A model generated the notes under the pieces. That model was given only the letters and a program-made list of their open reading frames with translations. It searched no databases and had not been told where the DNA came from. From Candidatus Gugararchaeum adminiculabundum (GTDB lineage Archaea > Micrarchaeota > Micrarchaeia > Burarchaeales > Gugararchaeaceae): a stretch of 64,000 nt of DNA. A program made the translations under genes and the position numbers. The stretch covers positions 71,970-135,969 of the forward strand of contig CABMDC010000012.1 in the NCBI GenBank assembly GCA_902384795.1, read 5' to 3'. Positions 56,909 to 64,000 of the stretch are shown one piece after another; the first letter of the stretch is position 1; each line of letters opens with the position of its first letter.

Positions 56909-57745
56909 ATGGAGAATAAGCGGGTAACGATAGTTGGTGCGATAGTTTTCGTAGAACTTCTGTTCCTGGCATTCCTGTTCCTGGGAAAAAAACCCGAATT
57001 TTTGCAGGTGGGGAACATGCTCTCTCCGCTTCTCTCCCTGGCCGCTTTTACTGCAATTTTCAGGGTCTACTCAAAATTCGAAAAGGGCTCGATGCAGAGG
57101 AGAGTGTGGCTCTTTTTGGCGCTGGGAATGCTTTGCTGGTTTATCGGGGAGATGGAATCCCTTTACTACGCCGCCACATCCGCCTCGATTAGGGTCGCCT
57201 CTGTTTTTTCCATTGGAGAAATTGCCTGGCTCGCAGGCTATGTGTTCTTCAGTGCTGCGCTTTTCTTCCAGCTGAGGTATTTCACAGAAGCTGTTTCCAG
57301 AAAAGGAGGGATAGTGGAGGCGGGAGTGAATTCGCTCAAGGAAAGCGGGCCTGCCGCGGCAATTGCAATGGTTGGCTCGCTTTTGATTGCAGTACTGGTG
57401 ATAGGCTTCATGCTTGTGCCCATAAACAACTCTGCCATGATTTTTGAGCAGAAGCTAATGCTGTTTGCCTATTTGCTCGGAGATTTCATACTGATCGTGA
57501 TGTCATTGCTGCTGCTTTCCTTGCTTGTGGGCGGGGAGCTGGAAGCCCCGTTCGGCCTGCTCGCTGGCGCGCTCACCATAGCAGGGCTGACAGATGTGAC
57601 CATAACCACCGCGCTCCTGGCTAATTCGTATATTCCCGGAGGGGCGCTGGATTTCTTCTCCCTATTAGTGTATGTTGCCCTGATGGCAAGCGGCGAGATA
57701 ATGAGGCAGAAGCTGGTTGCCGCTGAAAATAGAAGTGAAAGATGA
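56909..57745 (+). CDS. polytopic membrane protein, unknown function
   Basis: Seven or more hydrophobic helices. Confidence 0.45.
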   Translation: MENKRVTIVGAIVFVELLFLAFLFLGKKPEFLQVGNMLSPLLSLAAFTAIFRVYSKFEKGSMQRRVWLFLALGMLCWFIGEMESLYYAATSASIRVASVFSIGEIAWLAGYVFFSAALFFQLRYFTEAVSRKGGIVEAGVNSLKESGPAAAIAMVGSLLIAVLVIGFMLVPINNSAMIFEQKLMLFAYLLGDFILIVMSLLLLSLLVGGELEAPFGLLAGALTIAGLTDVTITTALLANSYIPGGALDFFSLLVYVALMASGEIMRQKLVAAENRSER

Positions 57746-57770
57746 AGCAGATAGATTACATTGTACACTC

Positions 57771-58670
57771 TTACATTGAACGGAGGCGCTTTACTCTTTC
57801 TTCAATCGGAGGATGAGTGCTAAGAAGCCCGGAGAGCATTTTTCCCTTTAGCGGGCTTGCGATGTAGAGCTGGGCAGTGGTGTCATCCGCCCTTTGCAAT
57901 TGGGTCGGGTCTTTTCCTATTTTTTCCAGCGCGCTTGCGAGCCCCTCGGGGTAGCGCGTGAGGCGCGCTCCGTTCGCATCGGCCAGGAATTCCCTTTGGC
58001 GCGAAATTGCGAGCCGGATCAGCTGCGCGATTATGGGCGCGAGAATCATGAAAATTATCCCGATGATCAGGAGAAATCCGCCTCCACCTCCTTCGCCTTT
58101 TCGATTATTGCTGCCCCTGCCCGAATAGAGGAATGAGCGCAGGAAAATGTTGGAGATGATTCCAATGAGCCCGACCATTATCACAGCGTAAAGCGAGACG
58201 CGGATGTCGTAATTCTGGATGTGCGAAATTTCGTGCGCAACCACTCCCTCGAGCTCCTGCCTGCTCATTTTGTCCAAAAGCCCCGTGGTGACCGCCACAT
58301 AGGAATTTTTTGGATCGCGGCCGGTTGCAAAGGCATTGGGAGCAGGGTCCTGGATCACATAGGCTTTCGGGGCGGGGATGCCTGCTGCGATTGCCAGCCC
58401 TTCAACCGTATCCACGTAAAAGACATACTTCCGGTCAGTGGCAGGCTGGGCGCCGGTGAGGGAAAGCAGCATGGACGCGCCCTGAAAATAGACCAGGAGC
58501 GAGTAAAAAATGCCGAAAATGAAAGTGATTTCTATGCCGAACTCGACTGAGCCAAGATAGACCCCGATGAAAAAACCCAGGGAAACCAGAACTAGGAAAA
58601 AAACAAAAAATAAAAGGTAGGTTTTCCTCTTGTTAGACTCTATCTGGTCGTAAAAAGAGGAAAAAGGCAT
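57771..58670 (-). CDS. htpX: HtpX-like M48 zinc metalloprotease
   Basis: N-terminal TM helices. HEISHIQNYD (HExxH), a later downstream Glu, and a Gly-rich loop GEGGGGG. Confidence 0.75.
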   Translation of the reverse strand: MPFSSFYDQIESNKRKTYLLFFVFFLVLVSLGFFIGVYLGSVEFGIEITFIFGIFYSLLVYFQGASMLLSLTGAQPATDRKYVFYVDTVEGLAIAAGIPAPKAYVIQDPAPNAFATGRDPKNSYVAVTTGLLDKMSRQELEGVVAHEISHIQNYDIRVSLYAVIMVGLIGIISNIFLRSFLYSGRGSNNRKGEGGGGGFLLIIGIIFMILAPIIAQLIRLAISRQREFLADANGARLTRYPEGLASALEKIGKDPTQLQRADDTTAQLYIASPLKGKMLSGLLSTHPPIEERVKRLRSM

Positions 58671-58696
58671 GTGAAGTCCACTCCATCCGTATTAGA

Positions 58697-59251
58697 TTAG
58701 AAGGATACTTTCACTGCCTCTCTTGCCGCTTCCTCAATCTTGAAGTACTCCCTTGCTATGAAGCCAAAGCTTCCTGCAATCAGGCTTCCTGGGAACAGCT
58801 GAATCTTGGTGTTGTATTCCATCACGCTGTCATTGTAGAACTGGCGCGAATAGGCGATTTTGTTCTCTGTTCCAGTAAGCTCGTCCTGCAATGCCTTGAA
58901 GTTCTCATTGGCCTTCAGCTGCGGGTATGCTTCTGCAACTGCGAACAGGCTTTTGAGCGCGCCCGTGAGCATGTTGTTGGCATCTGCTTTTGCAGCAGGG
59001 CCCTGCGCGGTCATCAGTGCCGAGCGGGCTTTGGTCACATTCTCGAAAACGTCCTTTTCGTGTTTTGCATAGCCCTTTACAGTGGCAACCAGGTTGGGTA
59101 TCAAATCATACCTCCTCTTGAGCTGCACGTCAATCTGCGACCAGGCGCCGTCTATGCGCGTGCGCAAAGTGACCAGGCTGTTGAAAATCATTATTATCCA
59201 GATTATCACTAGCGCGAGTACTCCGATTATGCCTATTAATATTGCATCCAT
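58697..59251 (-). CDS. lemA: LemA family protein
   Basis: N-terminal TM then [24 protein letters not shown]...[13 protein letters not shown]...[23 protein letters not shown] matches the LemA signature. The adjacent HtpX pairing is conserved. Confidence 0.75.
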   Translation of the reverse strand: MDAILIGIIGVLALVIIWIIMIFNSLVTLRTRIDGAWSQIDVQLKRRYDLIPNLVATVKGYAKHEKDVFENVTKARSALMTAQGPAAKADANNMLTGALKSLFAVAEAYPQLKANENFKALQDELTGTENKIAYSRQFYNDSVMEYNTKIQLFPGSLIAGSFGFIAREYFKIEEAAREAVKVSF

Positions 59252-59469
59252 TACCTCACCTCTTGAGGGTACCTTATGTAAAAACCATGCTTAAAAGAGT
59301 ATTCCTTTTTGTTCGGGTTGCAAAGGCGACGCCGCCATTAGGCGGTTGCTGCCTCGAGGCAGCAACCCGCGCCACGGGGCGCGGGCTCGAGCCGCCGGCG
59401 CGTCGCCTGGCTATGGACTCGGAGCCGCTGCGCGCCACTCGCCTGGGAGGGTTGCGGGTGAAGAAACTT

Positions 59470-60687
59470 TTAGAAATCGCTCAAGCGGGACTGGCGCAAA
59501 ATTTCGCTCTTTTTCGTGTATTTCGAGAGAGGGACGCGCAGCCTTGTCTGTAAATATTCAAGAACAGCTGGAAGTGTGGAGAACTTCTTTGGAGTGGATG
59601 CGAGCGCATGGCGCGCGTTTTCGCGCACTTCCCAAACCCCCACCGGAACTATGTATCCCTCGTAAATTTCGCGGAAAACCAATGCGCGCGCCTGCTTTCC
59701 CCTTCTGTTTAGGTGTTCGCTGACCGCGAGGCGGGAAGCGTAGTAGCCGCCTGCCTGGTTTGAGTAATCTTTCTTTCCTGTGAATGGCTCATGGTCTTCG
59801 GTCACCTGGAAATTGGGAGCACCGAAAGCCCAGAGCGTGCCTGGAGCCCAGGCCTCGAATTGCTCGAATTCCCATTTGCCAGGCATCAGGAGAATTTCGA
59901 AATGATTGTGCAGGAACTCGGCAGTATAGACTTCGAAGTCTGAAATTTCCGGTGATTCTCTGATTTTGGGAAGCAGCTGCTTGGAAACTATGTCATCGGT
60001 GGCCGTGATGCTCCATCTTGTCGGGACTAATTTCTTGTTTTTCTGCTTTCCTAAAATTCCTGTTGACATGATTTTTGTCAAATAATAAACATCATGGCCA
60101 TGGGAATAGAGCTCATCAATCGCCTGGGTTGCGAGCAAATTTTCTTCGAGAATTTCATCAACCCTTTTGGGAATCACCGGATTGTCGCACACCTTGAAAT
60201 TCTTGAGCATGCCGTCGGGCCCCAGGGGCGCGGTTACGGGCGAAAATTTTAGCTGGAATTTCGGCTTGTTCTTGAACTCCACTTCCACATCGATGTTTTT
60301 TGTGGAGAGAACTGTTTCCTGGGTTTTTTCCAGAAGAGGGTCGCTGGATTTATCGCGCGGGGCAAAGATGCCTGAGACTTTTTTTGAGCGCAGCATGCTG
60401 GAGGTGAAATTGATTATGTCATTGTAGGATGCCTTGCCATACCATTCAACTGGCGAATCGTTCGCCTTCTTGTCCTCGGAAATCGAGACCATGGGGCCAT
60501 AGTAAACATTGGGGTAGCCGTAGGAGCCAACAAAGGCATTCGGAGGCGTGGGGCCGAAAACGACTTCCTTTGCGTTCAGCTGGCGCGGAAGCTGGTTGTT
60601 CAATTTGTCCAGTATGGGACAGGAGGCCAGGCCGCAGGCGCGCTTGGTGCCTTTGCAGGTTACGCATTGTTCGTAAGGGATTTTCAC
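59470..60687 (-). CDS. Nre-like protein (archaeal DUF650/DUF651-type, N-terminal Cys4 zinc finger), putative DNA-repair associated
   Basis: N-terminal CVTCKGTKRACGLASCP zinc finger and about 400 aa length fit the archaeal Nre family. Assignment is by recollection of family features only. Confidence 0.4.
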   Translation of the reverse strand: MKIPYEQCVTCKGTKRACGLASCPILDKLNNQLPRQLNAKEVVFGPTPPNAFVGSYGYPNVYYGPMVSISEDKKANDSPVEWYGKASYNDIINFTSSMLRSKKVSGIFAPRDKSSDPLLEKTQETVLSTKNIDVEVEFKNKPKFQLKFSPVTAPLGPDGMLKNFKVCDNPVIPKRVDEILEENLLATQAIDELYSHGHDVYYLTKIMSTGILGKQKNKKLVPTRWSITATDDIVSKQLLPKIRESPEISDFEVYTAEFLHNHFEILLMPGKWEFEQFEAWAPGTLWAFGAPNFQVTEDHEPFTGKKDYSNQAGGYYASRLAVSEHLNRRGKQARALVFREIYEGYIVPVGVWEVRENARHALASTPKKFSTLPAVLEYLQTRLRVPLSKYTKKSEILRQSRLSDF

Positions 60688-60745
60688 AAGAAAAGATTGG
60701 TGAAAATAGAATAAAAAGGATAGGAGGCGCGGGTGCCGGTGAAAT

Positions 60746-61501
60746 CTACCTTGGCTTTAGGGAAGCGGATTCCCACATCACTTCAAAATAGGAATTGAAT
60801 GCTTTCGCTGCACTCTTGCTTTTGATTACGAACATTGTGAATTCATCGCCTAGGCTGATTACCACTTTGTCATTATAGATGAGAAAAACCGCGGGCGTAA
60901 AAATGTCCTTTGGCATGAACCTTATTTCAACCGGCGAATAGCTGGAAAGCCCTTTCGCTGTTTCTATTGCGCCACTATTGATGAGTATCTTCGCCTTTAC
61001 TCCCTTTTCCGAGCGGTTCTTGTGGAACAGCTGCACCGCTCGCAGGAACTGCTTTCCGAACTCGTAAATTCCCATGATGTGGACTTCCTCTCCTTTTTTG
61101 AGCTCTTCGACTATGCCTGAAAAGGGGGTTTTGACGCCTCTTGCTCCGGTGAAAAGGGACGCCTCTTTTTCCTCTGCGGCCTGCTTTTCCAGGGAGAGAA
61201 GCGAGGGCAGAATCTTCACCACTGATGCTTCCTCTTCTTCCACGCGCTTTTTCTTCTCCCTGAGATATTCGAGAATCATGCTGGGCGAAGCTGCCTTGTA
61301 GTGCTTCAGGCCGCCCTTGAGAAAGGAGCTTGCGAGCCCCTTGTTTGCGAGCTTTTCCAGCACCTCGTAAATTTTCGAGTCGGCTGTTTTTGAACTGGTG
61401 ATGATTGGACCGGTTGTTGAAGGGCCTAGCTCAAGTAGTGCCAAATACACTTTGATTTCTGATTTGGTGAGCCCGATTTCCTCGAGCGCCTTTTCTTCCA
61501 T
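60746..61501 (-). CDS. trmB: TrmB family transcriptional regulator
   Basis: N-terminal wHTH EIGLTKSEIKVYLALLELGPSTTGPI, a coiled-coil linker, and a C-terminal effector-like domain. Confidence 0.65.
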   Translation of the reverse strand: MEEKALEEIGLTKSEIKVYLALLELGPSTTGPIITSSKTADSKIYEVLEKLANKGLASSFLKGGLKHYKAASPSMILEYLREKKKRVEEEEASVVKILPSLLSLEKQAAEEKEASLFTGARGVKTPFSGIVEELKKGEEVHIMGIYEFGKQFLRAVQLFHKNRSEKGVKAKILINSGAIETAKGLSSYSPVEIRFMPKDIFTPAVFLIYNDKVVISLGDEFTMFVIKSKSAAKAFNSYFEVMWESASLKPR

Positions 61502-61610
61502 AAATGTGTTTCTCCTCTGAAGCTCTTAAAGCTTTCTTTTACCCCTACCTAGGGAGGGGGCAGTTAATAAGTATCACATATTGCCATAATAAATAACAGG
61601 GGTGATTGGT

Positions 61611-62357
61611 ATGGTTGAAACTGTAAACGTCAAAATAGGTGGAGCGGCGGGTAGTGCTAAGACTGTAAAAGTCACACCTGTTGCCGGGCTGACTCCGTTT
61701 GAAGCACTCGTACGTGGGAACGCGCGCGGCGAGCGGATAGCCGATCATGCCTTTTTCAACAAAATGCTTCGCGGAAAGGATAAACGAGAAAACTTCGTTC
61801 GATTGCCGGGAGGGTTAAGCACCAGAAGCGGATGGTTTGAAGGTGAATACTTAGTAGTCGGAGGCAAGGGCAAGCCTGTAGGTAAAGGCGTGGAGACCCA
61901 ACACGTTTACAAGGGGCACGTAATTACCCTGCTCTATCAAACTCCGCCGGAATACCGGGATGCTATTGACACAGTGCTCGCATGCACGCACGGTTTTTTG
62001 CCAGACGGCACGCCAACCATTCAGATACTTGACAACAAGGGCAACCCCGTACTTGGCATGGACGACGCAACGGAAAGAATGTCAGTGAAGCTGAACGGGC
62101 AAATTTACACAGTAAAAGTCAAACGGAGAGGTTTGGGTACAGACTGGGATGCAGAAGGAGATGAAAAAACATATATAACGCTTGGCTATCGTGCTGATCA
62201 CGGTCTTCTGGGCCATGGCTACACCAACGGAGAGGAGTTCCACTTGATCTACTCACTCTTCAGCTCGTTTTACAGATCCGGGCTGTATATCGCCCGCGAC
62301 CAGGATGCGACAAAGGATTCCGGGAAAGTTAGCGGAAGCGAGGAGAAAAAATCGTGA
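61611..62357 (+). CDS. hypothetical protein
   Basis: ATG 61611 preceded by GGTGATTGGT SD. No family recognised. Confidence 0.45.
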   Translation: MVETVNVKIGGAAGSAKTVKVTPVAGLTPFEALVRGNARGERIADHAFFNKMLRGKDKRENFVRLPGGLSTRSGWFEGEYLVVGGKGKPVGKGVETQHVYKGHVITLLYQTPPEYRDAIDTVLACTHGFLPDGTPTIQILDNKGNPVLGMDDATERMSVKLNGQIYTVKVKRRGLGTDWDAEGDEKTYITLGYRADHGLLGHGYTNGEEFHLIYSLFSSFYRSGLYIARDQDATKDSGKVSGSEEKKS

Positions 62358-62364
62358 GGTGATT
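62340..62364 (+). repeat. 25-nt exact repeat copy 1 (GAGGAGAAAAAATCGTGAGGTGATT) at a gene junction
   Basis: Identical 25-mer recurs at 63156-63180. Both copies span a stop codon and end 3-4 nt before an ATG. Confidence 0.5.
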
Positions 62365-62367
62365 GGT

Positions 62368-63156
62368 ATGATGAAAAAAATAACCTGTGAAATAGTGAGG
62401 AGTGCAGCGGTTGAAGCTGCTAACGGCAGTGCAAAGACTAAGCCTTTGGCTGAATTCTTTGAAAAAATGTCACACAGCACCTTGAGATTGGAAGAGTCAT
62501 TGAGATTGGGAGGATCATTGGGAAGAAAAATAGCGGATCTGACCAAAGAGGAAAGAACCGCCCTTCTGGACTCGTTCCTAGTGTCCATGAAAGACAAGAT
62601 GGGAAGCGGCGAGGAAAGCGAACTTCCTGGCAAAATCAAGCGCCTGGTAGACGTAGCTGACCATCCCGATGTGTTCAAGTATGCTCGCACTGGATGTTAC
62701 CTGCCCAGTAATTATAATGCGTACTGGGCCGTGCAGGAAGGTCTGGTTGAAGTGGCAACTTCGCTGGGTACAGTGAGTGCAGTGGAGGGGACGGTGGACC
62801 TGCTTTTGGCAGTTTCATCTCTCTATGGAAAAATCACCTCTCCATCTGAAAAACTCTTCACTGAAACAGCTTCGGGAGTCTGCAAGGTGCTTTGCAAATC
62901 CAGAGACGAGAAGCTCCTGGCGGTGATGGCTGAAAAAATTCGGGAGTTAGTCTCCATGCGCGAGTTTGAAATAGCGCTAAGTTTTGTGAAGGCATTGGGA
63001 GCCATAGGCGGTAGAAAGAAGGCTGAGGGAGTCGGAAAGTCTGTGCGCGACCTTTGCGAGTTTGTCGACAGGGGACTGAGAACCTACCATGGCGGAGATG
63101 ATTTGCCGATATGGATCCGGAACTGGTGCGAAAAGGAACTGGATGAGGGACGGTAG
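62368..63156 (+). CDS. hypothetical alpha-helical repeat protein
   Basis: ATG 62368 preceded by the conserved GAGGAGAAAAAATCGTGAGGTGATTGGT element. Helical repeat-like sequence. Confidence 0.45.
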   Translation: MMKKITCEIVRSAAVEAANGSAKTKPLAEFFEKMSHSTLRLEESLRLGGSLGRKIADLTKEERTALLDSFLVSMKDKMGSGEESELPGKIKRLVDVADHPDVFKYARTGCYLPSNYNAYWAVQEGLVEVATSLGTVSAVEGTVDLLLAVSSLYGKITSPSEKLFTETASGVCKVLCKSRDEKLLAVMAEKIRELVSMREFEIALSFVKALGAIGGRKKAEGVGKSVRDLCEFVDRGLRTYHGGDDLPIWIRNWCEKELDEGR

Positions 63157-63180
63157 AGGAGAAAAAATCGTGAGGTGATT
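63156..63180 (+). repeat. 25-nt exact repeat copy 2
   Basis: See copy 1. Followed by ATG of a 19-codon ORF (63184-63243). Confidence 0.5.
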
Positions 63181-63229
63181 TGAATGACGATGAAACAAAA
63201 GGCACCAACGAAAGGGAAGGGGATTGCGC

Positions 63230-63979
63230 CTACTTTAGCATAGTAGAATAGGCAAAACCCGTGGTTTTTCCGTCTGTGTCAAACTGCCAGCTCGAGTCGC
63301 CGTTAAAGGCCGCGATGAACACGTCGCGCTTTTGTGCCGAAGCGCGGAGTTCAAGGGCAGACCGGGGGGCGAGCATGCAGTGATAATAGAAGAACGGGCT
63401 CCGCGTCCTGAATGGGACCTGATAGCTAAGGGGGAACTCACTGGGATTGGCGTGGATTCCGCCGGCATCCATGGAGAAGGCTATGTTCCAGCGGTCAATG
63501 GTTTCTTGTTTTAATGTGCCAATGGGCAGTCCCTTATTGTCAAAGAATTTCTTGAGCCTGTCCCACGCCGTGTTAATGCGCTCTTGCCTTTTGTGGCCTC
63601 CCCTTGGCCCATATTTTGCCTTGTCTGCGGCCAGGAAAAGATTTTTTACCAGCACCTCATTTGGCTGGAGATCGGGCCCGAATAAATCGCTCATCTTTTG
63701 CTCGTCCCTCAAATCCGGTGATAGATAGGCGAGCAGGGATGAGAAGAACGGCTGGGAGATGAATTCGTATTCAAGGAGAACATTGTAGATCATGGAAATC
63801 TTTTTTTCCTTGGGAGTCACATTCTCGGGGACTTTTGGATGCTTGTATTTTTCAAAAGTGTCTGGCTTGAAAGCGCGCACTATATCCTCCAGCGCCCGGG
63901 GGGCCACAATGGTGCGCAGGAAAATCCTTCGCGCTGCATTTTCGCGCACTTTCCAGTCCCAGGAGTTCAGGTCGATCAT
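63230..63979 (-). CDS. hypothetical protein (249 aa)
   Basis: Full ORF with ATG start. No family recognised. Confidence 0.45.
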   Translation of the reverse strand: MIDLNSWDWKVRENAARRIFLRTIVAPRALEDIVRAFKPDTFEKYKHPKVPENVTPKEKKISMIYNVLLEYEFISQPFFSSLLAYLSPDLRDEQKMSDLFGPDLQPNEVLVKNLFLAADKAKYGPRGGHKRQERINTAWDRLKKFFDNKGLPIGTLKQETIDRWNIAFSMDAGGIHANPSEFPLSYQVPFRTRSPFFYYHCMLAPRSALELRASAQKRDVFIAAFNGDSSWQFDTDGKTTGFAYSTMLK

Positions 63980-64000
63980 GTCCTGGGGGAGAATTCTTAC

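Noticed and set aside
36988-59320. GTTGCTGC 8-mer seen three times (about 36988, 42550, 59346)
   Set aside because: About two occurrences are expected by chance in 64 kb on both strands. Only the extended 12-mer plus downstream similarity between 36988 and 42547 is kept as a weak note.
63184-63243. 19-codon ORF after the second 25-nt repeat
   Set aside because: Too short and overlaps the 3' end of the convergent gene 63230-63979. Likely just the residue of the repeated junction element.
1-64000. Mobile element / integrated provirus
   Set aside because: No integrase, transposase, terminal inverted repeats or tRNA-3'-half duplication found. GC content is uniform apart from short intergenic tracts.

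Overview
Archaeal chromosomal segment with about 50% GC and roughly 60 genes. Archaeal identity is supported by RadA, an archaeal histone, an RPA-like OB-fold SSB, archaeal-type D-aminoacyl-tRNA deacylase, TrmB, an Nre-like protein, DRG GTPase, tRNAs without encoded CCA, and GGTGA-type Shine-Dalgarno plus TATA promoter motifs. Most genes are housekeeping: RNase Z, TldD/PmbA (partial at window start), beta-CASP/MBL nuclease, ADP-forming acyl-CoA synthetase, CorA, RadA, DRG, ProC, SHMT, fused MsrB-MsrA, IorAB, an IPMS-family enzyme, Lhr-like helicase, DtdA and the HtpX-LemA pair. The standout locus is a minus-strand three-gene operon (35743 down to 25078). It encodes a small single-TM protein, a 3237-aa secreted giant protein and a Cys-rich polytopic membrane protein. 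The giant protein has a signal peptide, parallel beta-helix-like Asn-rich repeats, two arrays of Cys-rich tandem modules (one encoded by near-identical DNA repeats), many N-glycosylation sequons and a C-terminal TM anchor. The downstream membrane protein carries the same Cys module as the giant protein. A divergent, oversized FlaI/VirB11-family ATPase lies convergent next to this operon. Other notable items are a VapBC pair, a block of four large hypothetical membrane/coiled-coil proteins (12414-19809), a paralogous gene pair flanking an unknown gene (40040-42233), a ~960-bp gene-free region with degenerate direct repeats and an alternating purine-pyrimidine run (42237-43199), an M23 peptidase without signal peptide, a perfect palindrome between TATA box and start codon of a Lys/Ala-rich DNA-binding-like gene, and a 25-nt exact repeat at two consecutive gene junctions. 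No integrase, transposase, CRISPR array or rRNA was seen. Coordinates are taken from the ORF track or offset from it in frame; hand-counted positions of non-coding motifs may be off by 1-2 nt.
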